64,000 bases of DNA from Spirochaetia bacterium (GTDB lineage Bacteria > Spirochaetota > Spirochaetia > SZUA-6 > Bin103). Positions 18,493 through 30,825 of the stretch are shown here, piece after piece (position 1 is the stretch's first letter; every line of letters starts with the position of its first letter). Made by a program: the position numbers and the translations under genes. The stretch lies in the NCBI GenBank assembly GCA_965198005.1, contig CBDAOI010000002.1:192001-256000 (forward strand), given 5' to 3'. Below the pieces are notes generated by a model. The model did not search any database. It was not told the origin of the DNA and saw only the letters and a program-made list of their open reading frames with translations.

Positions 18493-19835
18493 GTGTCGGC
18501 GCCCGCCAGCTCGATCCGGAAGCAACTGCCCCCGGCAATGGCCCGATAGGACAGCCGGCCGCCGTTGCGCTCGATCAATCGCCGCGCCAGATGCAGCCCC
18601 AGGCCGGTGCCGGCGCCGGTCGAGTAGCCCCAGTCGAACAGGTGTGCGGCCACCTCCGGTTCCATCCCTCCCGCCAGGTCGGTGACTTCGAGCACGCACC
18701 GTCCGCCGCCGGCGCTTCCCTGCACCGTAACCACGCCTCCGTGCGGGCGGCGCTCGGCGGTGATCTGCGCGGCGTTCTGGACCAGATTGAGCAGCGCCAG
18801 CATCAGTTCCCGTTTGCGCGTCACCGCCGCGAGCTCGGCCGGAATGCGCAGTTCCACGCGCACCCCCACGGCCCGCAGCGACGGCACCAACACCGCCAGC
18901 ACCGGCTCCAACTCGGCCAGGATCCGCACCTCGCCGGGGGTCTCCGGACCGCCGCGCAGCACCGTATCCAGCATCTCGTTGACCCCGCCGACGCCGATGC
19001 CGACATGATGCAGAATGAGCTGCAACGCGCGCCGCCGCTGGTCCGGCGAGTCGGCCTGCAGGCCGTACTCGGCAGTGGTCTTGATATGGCCGAGCAGATT
19101 CTTCACTTCGTGCGCGACGCCGGCGGCCAGGTAACCGACGGTCTCCAGCCGGTTTTGCAGGAGCAGGTTCTCCTCGGCCGCGTGTACCCGGCGCCGCAGC
19201 CGCGCCAGACGCCGCGCCGGAGGGCCCGCGCCGGCCGCCCCGGCGGCGCCCTGCAGATAGCCGAGCTGGGTCAGAAAGTAGCCCGACCCCAGCGCCAGCA
19301 GGCCGACGCCGACCGCCGCCAGTGCCGGTGCCGGCCGGCCGGCCAGTGGAACCACCTGGTCGGCTACCGCCCCCGTCACCGGCAGCAACCCGGCGAAGCA
19401 CAGGTAGCGATCGGGCGTCCCCTTGCGCAGATGGCGCCTTCCGCACAGCCGGCGCCGCGGATACACCACCTGCGCCAGCACCACCGCGAGCGGTATGCAC
19501 CAGCGATAGTCCCGCCACCAGCCGAGCAGTGCGCACACCAGCACCACGAGTGCCACTCCGGCCGCAGAGACGTGCCACGCTGCCGGTGGCCGCTCGCCGT
19601 CGCGGGCGGTAAGGTAGGCGCCCGCCACCCACAGCAGCAGCGACAACGCCAGCAGGCCGCCCGGTGCCGTGCGGGTGGTCAGCGCCAGACCGAGCAAACC
19701 GCCGAGAAACGCGATGAACCAAGCACCCTCCGCGCGCCGCGGCGCGTGCGGCAGGCGCCACGCGGCGACCGCCATCTGGGCCACCAGCAGCGCCGCGACC
19801 GCGGCCTGGGTTGCCATTGCCGCGGGCGCCAACAT
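18489..19835 (-). CDS. membrane sensor histidine kinase (no adjacent regulator)
   Basis: AHEVKNLL H-box, NLVQNA, DLAGGM, GTGLGL; multiple TM segments. Confidence 0.88.
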   Translation of the reverse strand: MLAPAAMATQAAVAALLVAQMAVAAWRLPHAPRRAEGAWFIAFLGGLLGLALTTRTAPGGLLALSLLLWVAGAYLTARDGERPPAAWHVSAAGVALVVLVCALLGWWRDYRWCIPLAVVLAQVVYPRRRLCGRRHLRKGTPDRYLCFAGLLPVTGAVADQVVPLAGRPAPALAAVGVGLLALGSGYFLTQLGYLQGAAGAAGAGPPARRLARLRRRVHAAEENLLLQNRLETVGYLAAGVAHEVKNLLGHIKTTAEYGLQADSPDQRRRALQLILHHVGIGVGGVNEMLDTVLRGGPETPGEVRILAELEPVLAVLVPSLRAVGVRVELRIPAELAAVTRKRELMLALLNLVQNAAQITAERRPHGGVVTVQGSAGGGRCVLEVTDLAGGMEPEVAAHLFDWGYSTGAGTGLGLHLARRLIERNGGRLSYRAIAGGSCFRIELAGADT

Positions 19836-19860
19836 CCGCGTACCGAAACGTCCTGCCGGA

Positions 19861-20982
19861 CTACTCGAGCTCGGTCAGGGGAACCCGCTGGGGCGCGTTG
19901 TTGTCCCCCACGACCTGGGAATACTCCTCCAGCAGCCGGCGCGCCCGCGCCGGCACCTTGTCCGGCACGTGGACCAGCACCTTGATGTAGAGGTTGCCCC
20001 GCCGGTGGCGCTCGCCGGGGTACGGTACCCCCTCGTTGCGCAACCGCAGCATCTTCCCGTTCTGGGTTCCGGGCGGCACCCGCACCTTTACGCGGTGCTG
20101 ATCGAGGGTCGGCACCACGACCTCCGCGCCCAGCGCCGCCTGCACCATGCCCACCCGGATCACACAGTAGAGATCGGTTCCGTGCCGCTCGAAGAACTCG
20201 TGCGGGCGCACGTGAACGTAGACGTAGAGATCGCCCGGCGGCCGGCCGCCGCCGCCGCCATCTCCCTGCCCGGGAATCCGTATGCGCTTGCCCGCCTCGA
20301 TCCCGGCCGGGATGGTGATCTTCAGCCGCCGGTTGCGCCGCTGGCGGCCGCTGCCGCGGCAGGCGTTGCACGGACGATCGACGATGTCGCCCTCGCCCCG
20401 GCACTGCGGGCAGCTCGAGGCGATCGAGAAGAACCCCGAGTTGCGCCGTACCTGCCCGGTGCCACCGCAGCTCGGACAGATCTGGCGCCGCGCGCCGCCC
20501 TCCATCCCGCTGCCGTTACATGCGTCGCAGCCCTCGTGGCGGGCGAACGAGACTTCGGTCTCGGTCCCGAACACGGCGTCCTCGAACGGCACCTCGAGGT
20601 CGTAGCGCAGGTCGTCGCCGCGCGCCGCTGCCCGTCCGCCCGGAGCGCGGCGCCGGCCACCGCCGAACAGCCCTTCGAACAGGCCGCCGAAGTCGCCGAA
20701 GATATCTTCGAAGTCGCGAAAGACGTGTGAGAAGTCCTGCGTGCCGGTGCGCATGCCGTCGACGCCGGCGAACCCGAACTGATCATAGGTCTGCCGCTTG
20801 GTCGAGTCGGATAGCACGTCGTACGCTTCGGTGGCTTCCTTGAAGTATTCCTCCGCGGTCTGGTCGCCGGGATTCTTGTCGGGGTGATAGCGAATCGCGA
20901 GCTTGCGGTACGCCTTCTTGATGTCGTCCAGGCTCGCGCTCTTGTCGACCCCGAGTACGTCGTAGTAATCCCGCTTTGCCAT
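19861..20982 (-). CDS. dnaJ: chaperone DnaJ
   Basis: HPD motif, four CxxCxGxG repeats. Confidence 0.98.
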   Translation of the reverse strand: MAKRDYYDVLGVDKSASLDDIKKAYRKLAIRYHPDKNPGDQTAEEYFKEATEAYDVLSDSTKRQTYDQFGFAGVDGMRTGTQDFSHVFRDFEDIFGDFGGLFEGLFGGGRRRAPGGRAAARGDDLRYDLEVPFEDAVFGTETEVSFARHEGCDACNGSGMEGGARRQICPSCGGTGQVRRNSGFFSIASSCPQCRGEGDIVDRPCNACRGSGRQRRNRRLKITIPAGIEAGKRIRIPGQGDGGGGGRPPGDLYVYVHVRPHEFFERHGTDLYCVIRVGMVQAALGAEVVVPTLDQHRVKVRVPPGTQNGKMLRLRNEGVPYPGERHRRGNLYIKVLVHVPDKVPARARRLLEEYSQVVGDNNAPQRVPLTELE

Positions 20983-20997
20983 GCCGCGGACGGTACG

Positions 20998-22995
<1,998 letters not shown>

Positions 22996-22996
22996 G

Positions 22997-23725
22997 TTAC
23001 TCTCCTTGGTCCGAGTCTCCGGGGTCCGCGGCGCCGGCGGGATCCGCCGTGCTGCGGGCGGCCGGCGTGGCTACGCGGACGCGCGCAGCGCGTACCACGC
23101 GGCCGTGCAGGGCATACCCCTTCTGATAGTCCTCCAGTACGGTCGCCTGGGTATGCCCGGCCGACTCCTCGGTGGCGAGCGCTTCGTGACGCTCGGGATC
23201 GAACGGCGCGCCGGCCGACTCGAACCTCACCAAGCCCCACTTGCGCTCCAGGGTCTGCAGGAATTGCTTTTCGATCAACTCGATGCCGCTGTGCAGCGTC
23301 GCGAAATCCTGCGCCTGGGCACCCGCCGTGATGGCACGGTCGAAGTCGTCGATTACGGCCGTGAGGTCGAGCAGCAGACTGGTGTTCGCGAACCGGATCG
23401 CATCTTCCTTGTCGCGGTTCACGCGCTTGCGGAAGTTCTCGAAGTCCGCCTGCTTGCGCAGCAGGTCGCCCTGCAACTCGGCCACCTGCGCCTTGAGTTG
23501 CTCGGTCTCGGCTGCGAGCTGATCGGCTCGGGCGGCGGGGTCCGACTCCGCGGCCGACCCGATGCCGTCTACCTCGACCCGCTCCGCCGTGACGCCGTGG
23601 ACGGGATCATCCGGGTCCGATTCGGAGGGCCGTTCGAGAAGCTCTCCCTGATCGGTATCCGCGCCCTGTTTGACGGCTGCGCGGCGGCGTCTCTCCTCTC
23701 CGGTTGCCTGTTTCGCCATAACCAT
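22997..23725 (-). CDS. grpE: nucleotide exchange factor GrpE
   Basis: [31 protein letters not shown]. Confidence 0.96.
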   Translation of the reverse strand: MVMAKQATGEERRRRAAVKQGADTDQGELLERPSESDPDDPVHGVTAERVEVDGIGSAAESDPAARADQLAAETEQLKAQVAELQGDLLRKQADFENFRKRVNRDKEDAIRFANTSLLLDLTAVIDDFDRAITAGAQAQDFATLHSGIELIEKQFLQTLERKWGLVRFESAGAPFDPERHEALATEESAGHTQATVLEDYQKGYALHGRVVRAARVRVATPAARSTADPAGAADPGDSDQGE

Positions 23726-23862
23726 GGATCGCGCTGATCAAGGAAGGATCCTGACCGCCCTCACGGACCGGCAAATCCGGACGCGGGCGGGGGCTGCGCG
23801 GACGAAACTTAATAAGGGGGTTTTGCTGCGGTCAAGGCATTTCCCACGCCCTGAACGCGCCC

Positions 23863-24864
23863 TTACGCGCCCCCGCCGCGGTAGAACAGCATCACCGTCG
23901 AGGCCAGATAGACGGCGTATACGGCGATCAGGACGATCCCCTTCCACCGGGTCAGGCGGTAGCGCAGACGGCAGAGCAGCAGCATGCCGCCCACCACCAG
24001 CAGCATCCACGGGAACGAGAACAGGACGACCCGCTGCTCGACCCGGATCGGGTTGGCCAGCGCCGCCGTGCCGATGATCCAGAGGATATTGAGGATGTCG
24101 GCCCCCAGGATGTTGCCGAGCGCCAGGTCGCCGTGCCCGCGTCGGCCGGCTGTGATGTTGGTGGCGATTTCCGGCAGCGAGGTGCCGATGGCGATGATGG
24201 TCAGGCCGATGATCGCCTCCGACACCCCGCTGCGGCGCGCGATGAAGGTCGCCGACTCCACCAGCACCTCGCTGGAGATGATCACCACGGCTACGCCGCC
24301 GGCCAGACGCAGGAGCTGCGCCACCAGGCCGCCCGGCTTGACGTACTCCTCCAACTCCTTGTCCGCCAGCACCGCCCCGGAGCGGCGCCGGCGGCGCTCC
24401 GCGATCAGCACCGCGATCAGGTAGCCGACGTAGACCAGGACCAGGGCGAGTCCCTCCAGCCGGCTCACCATGCCGTTCGCGGCCAGGATGAACGAGAGGA
24501 CCGCGACCGCGAGCAGGAACAGCCCGGTCGTCCTGAGCACGCGCGAGTCGACCCGGACCGCCACCGGCGCCACGATCACTCCCAGGGCCAGCGCCACGGC
24601 GTCGTCGACGATCACCGACCCCACGGCATTGCCGAGCGCCAGCTCCGGCAGCCCGCGCAGCGCCGCCAGCAGCGAGACCGTGAGCTCGGGCGCGGTGGTG
24701 GCGAAGCCCACCAGCACGATCCCGATGAGGATCTTGGGCACGCGCAGCCGGAACGCAATGCCGACACTGCCGTCGACCAGAAACTTCGCGCCGTAGCTCA
24801 GCGCCGCGAACGCGAGCACGATGGCGATCAGGCTGGCGGGCAAGGTGTCAGGGACCAGATGCAT
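23863..24864 (-). CDS. calcium/sodium antiporter (YrbG-like)
   Basis: ATTAPEL/GTSLPE repeats, GNAVGS. Confidence 0.92.
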   Translation of the reverse strand: MHLVPDTLPASLIAIVLAFAALSYGAKFLVDGSVGIAFRLRVPKILIGIVLVGFATTAPELTVSLLAALRGLPELALGNAVGSVIVDDAVALALGVIVAPVAVRVDSRVLRTTGLFLLAVAVLSFILAANGMVSRLEGLALVLVYVGYLIAVLIAERRRRRSGAVLADKELEEYVKPGGLVAQLLRLAGGVAVVIISSEVLVESATFIARRSGVSEAIIGLTIIAIGTSLPEIATNITAGRRGHGDLALGNILGADILNILWIIGTAALANPIRVEQRVVLFSFPWMLLVVGGMLLLCRLRYRLTRWKGIVLIAVYAVYLASTVMLFYRGGGA

Positions 24865-24904
24865 GCTGTCGACGTCGATGGCGCCGTCGGCCGCCTGCCG
24901 CGCG

Positions 24905-25996
24905 TCAGGAGGCGGTGCTGGCGCTCACCTCCAGGATCAGCTCCACTTCTCCGCGGCTGAGCCGGGTGGCGCGCGCAATCTCCGGCACCGACCACCCCTG
25001 CCGGGCCAGCTTGTCCACGCTCTCGCGCTTGCCCAGGGGCGGGCCGGCCGCCGCGGAACCGCCGTCCTCCTCGTTCCTGAGCAGCGTACCGAGCAGGCGC
25101 ACCTGCTCCTGCGCGCCGCGGTTGATCTGCTCCAGCCGCGACTCGGTGTCGGCCAGCCAGGTGCGCGCCCGTTGCAGCCGCTGCGCCCGCTGCTCCAGCT
25201 CGGTCATGGTCGTGTCCAGCCGGGCCAGGGCGGCCAGCGCCTGCTCGCTCCGGTCCGTCCCCCGAATCAAGGTCTGCACCCGCTCCTGCAACGTCGCGAC
25301 CGTGTCCTGCATCGCCTGAACCCGCGGCTGCAACCCTTCCAGGGTCTGCCCGAGACGGCGAGAATCGCCGGCAACCTGAGCAATCCGATCGCGTTCGGCG
25401 TGCAGCGTGCCGAGTTGCGCGGAAACCTGCTCCGCCACCGCGCCGACCCGCGCCAGCTCCTGGTCCAGCGCCCCGGTGGCGTGTTCCTGCGCCAGCAGGC
25501 GGCTGCCGTTCTCCTCGGCGGCCGCCACCGACCGAACCAACCCCGCGACCCGTTCATCGAGCGTGGTGGCCACGGCCTGCGCCCGGCCGTGCGCCGCCGC
25601 CAGCCGATCCGCGTCCGCGCGCAGGCGCGCCAGCTCCTGCTCGACGCCGGCGCTGGTCCGCCCGAGCTCCCCCAGCGTGGCGTCGTATTCGTGCAGGCGC
25701 TGATCCAGACGCTCCGCGCGGTCCGCGCCCCCGCTCAACTCCTGCTGGACCGCACGCACCCGCTTCAGCACCTCCTGACCGGCCTTGAGATTGACCTGCA
25801 CCTCGATGGAGAGATCCTTGACCGCCGCCATCTTCTGGTCGATCAGGCGCTCCATGCGCGCGGACACACGGTCGGCGTAACGTCTGACCTTGTCGATCGA
25901 GCGGCTGTTGAGATCGATTCGCCGGTACACGAGCAACACCGCCACCACGACCAGGAGCGTGACCAGGTGCGCGACCGGGTTGCCAATTGAGAACAT
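24905..25996 (-). CDS. short SpiroCoCo-like coiled-coil protein with C-terminal HTH
   Basis: TM, then YRRIDLNSRSIDKVRRYAD; C-terminal LARQGWSVPEIARATRLSRGEVELILE. Confidence 0.75.
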   Translation of the reverse strand: MFSIGNPVAHLVTLLVVVAVLLVYRRIDLNSRSIDKVRRYADRVSARMERLIDQKMAAVKDLSIEVQVNLKAGQEVLKRVRAVQQELSGGADRAERLDQRLHEYDATLGELGRTSAGVEQELARLRADADRLAAAHGRAQAVATTLDERVAGLVRSVAAAEENGSRLLAQEHATGALDQELARVGAVAEQVSAQLGTLHAERDRIAQVAGDSRRLGQTLEGLQPRVQAMQDTVATLQERVQTLIRGTDRSEQALAALARLDTTMTELEQRAQRLQRARTWLADTESRLEQINRGAQEQVRLLGTLLRNEEDGGSAAAGPPLGKRESVDKLARQGWSVPEIARATRLSRGEVELILEVSASTAS

Positions 25997-26084
25997 GGTC
26001 TTCCCCTCCCAGGGCGGCGCCGCCACGAGACCACCAGCGAAGCGAACTGCCGGATGCAATGGTAGCGGCCGCCGGCCGGGCTTG

Positions 26085-26798
26085 TCAAATTGGGAATACG
26101 CGGTAGTGGGCGAAACTGAAGGTGGCGACCCCCGCGGCCGCCGGCCGGCGGGTAAAGTGGGCGGTCAGCATTCCCACCCGATGGGCGCCGAGGACGTCGT
26201 AGTGGTAGCTGTTGCCCACGAACAACACCTCCGGCGGGGCGACGTTCAGCAGGCGCGCGACGCGCAGAAACGGTTCGGGGTTGGGCTTGAGCGCGCCCGC
26301 CTCGTCGGCGGTCACGATCCCGTCCCACCAGCCGGCAAGCCCGAGGCCGGCCAGCTTCTCGCGCGTAAAGGGTGAATCGGACACCGCGCCGAGCAGGAAT
26401 CCGCGCCCGCGAAGCCGGCGCAGGGTCTCGGCCACGTACGGATACGGCCGCAGCCGCCGGAACACCTGCGGCCAGCGCTGGTAGACGATACGCTCCACCA
26501 GGTCGGCCGCGCGCGCCCGGTCGGTACCGAGATAGAGTGCCACCAGCTCGGCCTGCCGCCGCCGCAACTCCGGGCCGGGGCGCTCGTTGCGCAGTGCCCG
26601 GCGCGCCAGACCGAAGGCGCGAAATACGCGTCCATTGCGGCAGATCAGCGGCAACGAACGAAGCATCGCGCGCCGAAACGGATACAGGGTGCCGTCCACG
26701 TCGAAGGCCACGGCCCGCACGGCTCGCTCGGGACCCGGCGACCGGCGCGCGGCGTGCGCCCGGACGGTTCCTGAGTCGGCACGGTCACTCCGTGACAC
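26085..26798 (-). CDS. HAD family hydrolase
   Basis: FDVDGTLY, KPNPEPF, FVGNSYHYDVLGA. Confidence 0.9.
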   Translation of the reverse strand: MSRSDRADSGTVRAHAARRSPGPERAVRAVAFDVDGTLYPFRRAMLRSLPLICRNGRVFRAFGLARRALRNERPGPELRRRQAELVALYLGTDRARAADLVERIVYQRWPQVFRRLRPYPYVAETLRRLRGRGFLLGAVSDSPFTREKLAGLGLAGWWDGIVTADEAGALKPNPEPFLRVARLLNVAPPEVLFVGNSYHYDVLGAHRVGMLTAHFTRRPAAAGVATFSFAHYRVFPI

Positions 26799-26897
26799 GG
26801 AAGACCATGCAAACGGCGCACGGGGCAGTGCCCGGTGGCCGCCAAGTTGCGGACCGGTCGGCGCCCGGCCCGAGCCCGGTTCGGGTCAGGCGGCCGG

Positions 26898-27866
26898 TCA
26901 CGCGGCCGGCGGCGTCACCCGGAACGGGATCTTCCCGCGCGCCCCGCGCGTGCAGTTGGTGAAGCTGAGTTGCCGCGCCGCCTCCAGCACGGCGCCGTCC
27001 AGCGCGCTGATGCCGCTGCCCTTGATGATCTCCGACAGCATGACGCGGCCGTCCAGGTTGACGCGGAACCGGACCACGATGTGGTAGGTAGTGCCGTCAC
27101 CGGTGACGCTGTCGGGCAGCTTGGGCTCGGGCAGCGCCCGCAGGTCGCAGCCGAAGCCCTCTTCGTCCCACTGGACTCGAGACGAGCCGGTGCCGTTGCG
27201 GCCCACGGAGGCGCCGATGCCATTGCCGGAGCCGCCGCCGGGCGCGGACGAGGCCGCGGGCACGCCGTGCTCGGCCACGGTGTTGTCGAACTCGGCCAGG
27301 GCCGCCTGGGTCGAGGAGCTGTCGCGGTCGGTGGACGCCGAGCGCTGCGCCAGCGACTTGACCAGGGCCGGCGCCTCCTCCTGTGCGCGCGGGTCCACCG
27401 GCGCGGTCGGCGAGCCGACCATGGCCGGCGTTCGGCCGACGTCCGGCGTCGGCGCCAGCGGTTTGAGCGCGGCCGCGGCGGCCTTGCGCGCGGCCGCCGC
27501 CGCGTCGTTCCGCGACATCGTCTTCGGCGGCGGCGGGGTGACCACCCTCGGCGACGGCTGCGGCGTCCTGGCCGGCTTGGCGGCCGGCTGCGGCGCCGGG
27601 GCGGGCATGGGCGCCGCAGCCGGTTTGGCCGCGGGCGCGGCCGCGGGCGTCGACTTGGGCGCCTGGCGGACGGACTTCGGCGGCGCCGGCGGCTTCGGCT
27701 TGCGCTCCGGCTGCGGCGCGAGCTGCACCGTCAGCGGCTTGAACTCCCGTTCCGGCTCCTGCAGCGCGCGCCACTGCACCCAGGCCAACACCGCGGCGTG
27801 GAGGATGAGCGCCAACAACAGCGCGTACCCCAGCCGTCCCTTCAGGTGCCGCGTGAGCGCAGTCAT
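26898..27866 (-). CDS. tonB: TonB family energy transducer
   Basis: N-terminal TM with His, Pro/Ala linker, C-terminal SGISALDGAV; follows exbBD. Confidence 0.8.
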   Translation of the reverse strand: MTALTRHLKGRLGYALLLALILHAAVLAWVQWRALQEPEREFKPLTVQLAPQPERKPKPPAPPKSVRQAPKSTPAAAPAAKPAAAPMPAPAPQPAAKPARTPQPSPRVVTPPPPKTMSRNDAAAAARKAAAAALKPLAPTPDVGRTPAMVGSPTAPVDPRAQEEAPALVKSLAQRSASTDRDSSSTQAALAEFDNTVAEHGVPAASSAPGGGSGNGIGASVGRNGTGSSRVQWDEEGFGCDLRALPEPKLPDSVTGDGTTYHIVVRFRVNLDGRVMLSEIIKGSGISALDGAVLEAARQLSFTNCTRGARGKIPFRVTPPAA

Positions 27867-27874
27867 CCTCCCCT

Positions 27875-28303
27875 CTAAGTGTCCCGCGTGCGGAGACTGG
27901 CGGCCTCTATCCCCAGGATGCGCAACACGTCGAGCACGTCGATCAGCAGGTCATACGGCACCGCCGAATCCCCCTCCACCACGATCGGGTGCGGGCCGTT
28001 GACGGGCAACCGGCCATCCGCGCTGGTCCGACTCGCGATGGTTTCGCGCAGCGCCCCCTCCAGTTCGCCCAGCCCGACCTCGCGTTCGTTCACGTAGATC
28101 TCGTCCCGGTCGCCGATCGTGAGCACCACCGGCGTCAGCATTACGGTCTCGGCCGTGGCCGAATGGGGCAGCTCCAGCTCGATGCCCGGCACCACCTTGA
28201 AGGTGGTCGAGACCATGAAGAAGATCACGAGCTGAAACACCACGTCGATCATCGGGACCAGGTTGGCACTGGTCTTGGGGGGGAGCTTGCGGCGCGCTCT
28301 CAC
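27875..28303 (-). CDS. exbD: ExbD/TolR
   Basis: NLVPMIDVVFQLVIFFMV. Confidence 0.92.
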   Translation of the reverse strand: MRARRKLPPKTSANLVPMIDVVFQLVIFFMVSTTFKVVPGIELELPHSATAETVMLTPVVLTIGDRDEIYVNEREVGLGELEGALRETIASRTSADGRLPVNGPHPIVVEGDSAVPYDLLIDVLDVLRILGIEAASLRTRDT

Positions 28304-29010
28304 GATGCCTCGGCGCGCGCCACTTCATGCGGCGACACCGCCTGCTCCGCCGCCACCAGCATGGCCACCAGCTCACTCACCCGGTGCTCGAGCCGGATCA
28401 TGCGGTGGTTCACCTTGTTGACCAGGAAGTTGTAGAAGATGATCGCCGGAATCGACACCACGATGCCGGCCGCGGTGGTGAGCAGCGCTTCCGAGATGCC
28501 GCGCGACAGCAGTGACGCGTCGGCGATCGCGAGGTCGCCCAACACGCCGAACGCCCGGATGTTGCCGGTGACGGTGCCCAGCAGACCGAGCAGCGGCGCG
28601 ATGTGCGCGATCGTGCCCAACGCCGACAGGAACCGCTCCTCCTTGGGAATCTCCATGTTGGCGGCGTCGAGGATCATCTCCCGCAGCTCGTTGGGCGAGC
28701 GGTGCCGATTGTCGATGCCCACCTGCATCAGCGTGGCCAGCGACGAGGGATGGTGCTCGCAGATCGAGAGCGCTTCCTCGTAGTGGCCCTTGCGCAGGGT
28801 GGTGGTGAGCCGCTGCAGCAGCTTCTGCTCGTCGGCGCGCCGGCTGCGAAAGTAGAGCAGCCGTTCGAACACGATCACGGCAGCGACCACCGACAGCGCG
28901 ATGATCATCATCATCACGACGCCGCCCTTCTCGATCAGGTACAACTGGACGAACTCCATCACAGCCCCCCCCATCATTCCAGTTACTTCGGTAACTTCAG
29001 CTTCTTCCAA
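28300..29010 (-). CDS. exbB: ExbB/TolQ/MotA proton channel
   Basis: APLLGLLGTVTG, GISEALLTTAAG. Confidence 0.92.
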   Translation of the reverse strand: MEEAEVTEVTGMMGGAVMEFVQLYLIEKGGVVMMMIIALSVVAAVIVFERLLYFRSRRADEQKLLQRLTTTLRKGHYEEALSICEHHPSSLATLMQVGIDNRHRSPNELREMILDAANMEIPKEERFLSALGTIAHIAPLLGLLGTVTGNIRAFGVLGDLAIADASLLSRGISEALLTTAAGIVVSIPAIIFYNFLVNKVNHRMIRLEHRVSELVAMLVAAEQAVSPHEVARAEAS

Positions 29011-29021
29011 TTTTCGGCTCC

Positions 29022-30825
29022 TTATAGCGAAACATGAACGGTAACCGCGGCCCCGAGTCCCGGCCGCAGGTACGGATGCCAGTCTCTGCGCGGCTGACTC
29101 ACGAACGGCTCCAGCACGTCGGTGAAGCTCAAGGTCACGGTGGTGGCGCCCTGCTGCCAGAACCCGGCGATGTCCACCTCGGGCCTCACCTGGATCCCGC
29201 CCGCTTCGTTCGTGATGTCCGGGATCGTCTCCAGCACGGCGTTCAGCCGCATGCCCAATACGTCATCCGGGGTGCGCGCCTCCAGGCCCAGCGCCGTCTG
29301 CCACTCCGGCGCGAAGTTGAGGCGCCGCTTTTCCGGCGCCACCTCGCGGCTGACGTCGAGCCGCACCCGCAGCGTTTCCCCCGCGCCCACTTCGACGCCC
29401 AGGCCGGGCCGGATGCTCATGCGCGGCATGGTTTCGTTGTCTTGGGTCATTGTCGGCGAGATGATAGAGCATGGTCTCGCCGTCCGGTTTCGGTTTCGGA
29501 TTGAGCGGCCGCTCGTAGGTGGCGAAGTTGGCGCTGGCCACCAGCGTCAGGTCGCCCGCGTCGAGCAGCTCGCCCAGGCCGAACTGGCCGCGCGCGCTGG
29601 CGAACCAGCCCACGTCGTCGTGCACCCGTTGCGGTGCGAGGTAGGGCGAACGCGCGGCCAGCGAGCTCAGGCCGTGCTCGCGCACCTCGCGGCCGGCGGC
29701 CAGGCGGTAGCTCAGCCAGGACACCGGGGTGCCGCTGACCACCGCCTGGAACGGCACGTCGTGGCGTACGGACTCGCCGGGAAAGCTGCCCAATGACCAC
29801 CCGAGCGCCAGCTCCAGACCGTTCAGACCGCCCAGGTCGACGTGGGCCGCGGCGCCGACGCCGAACCGGTGGCGCAACACGCTGGAACCAGCGTCGGGCG
29901 CCTGGTAGTTGCGCACCAGGTAGCGGGCGCTGAACTGCAGGTCCAGCCCGAGGTCGGGAACTACGTCCCAGTCCAGCAGCAGCCCCGGCGCGGCCCACAG
30001 CTCGGTGTGCACCTTGGCCTTCCGGTCGCTGGTGTTCTCGTTGCTGGTCAGGGTGGCGGCCTCGGCGCGCAGATCCACGCCGAGCGTGAGGCTGGCGTCG
30101 TCGGCCACCGGCGTGGTGTAGCTGATGGCGCCGGTGACCTGCTGCGACTCGATCGCGTTGAACGTGCTCTTTCCCTGCAGCCCCTGCTCGGCCGTGACCA
30201 CGCCCGCCTCGGTGTCCAGCTCGCCGCCGCCGACCGGCAGCCGCAACGATCCGGCCAGCTCGTGGCGCTGGGTCTTGGCGCCCTCGCCGGGTCCGATATG
30301 GGCCCGGACGCCGTCGCGCGAGCTATGGTCGAACACCAGCGAGAAGTCGGTGGCGGGGCCGGTGCCGAGCACCGACACCCCGCTGGCGAACAGGGCCAGC
30401 GGCAGGCCGGTGGTGGACGACGGCAACGTGCCGGCGCTCAGGTACGCCTCGGCCACCAGCGTATGGCCCGGATCGGATCCGAGCGGCGCCGGCTCGATCG
30501 CCGGTGCCGCCACCGCGGTCATCAGGTCGATGTCGTCCAGGGCGCCGGGATCGGGCAACGGCGGCCAGCGCTCCGGCTCCAGAATCCGGATGTCCAGCGA
30601 CAGACCCGCCTCGACCTCGCCGGCGGTCGGTCCCTCGAGTTCCAGCACCACGGTGTCGAGCAGGATCTCGGTCTCGGCGGGGTCGTCGTCGGGACGGCCG
30701 CCAACCCCCTGCTGCGACACCACCCAGGTGGAGGGAGCCACCACCAGCAGTATCCAGGCCAGATAGCCGGCGATGATCCGGCGCGCGCGGCGTGCCCGGT
30801 GCCCGGTCCGTCCCGTCGGCAGCAT
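29022..30825 (-). CDS. probable outer-membrane beta-barrel protein, split by one frameshift near 29445
   Basis: Signal peptide, amphipathic strands, C-terminal VTVHVSL; two overlapping ORFs join if one C is removed from GACCCAAGAC. Confidence 0.6.

Noticed and set aside
23726-23862. CIRCE operator upstream of grpE
   Set aside because: No TTAGCACTC-N9-GAGTGCTAA; only a plausible TTGACC -35 element.
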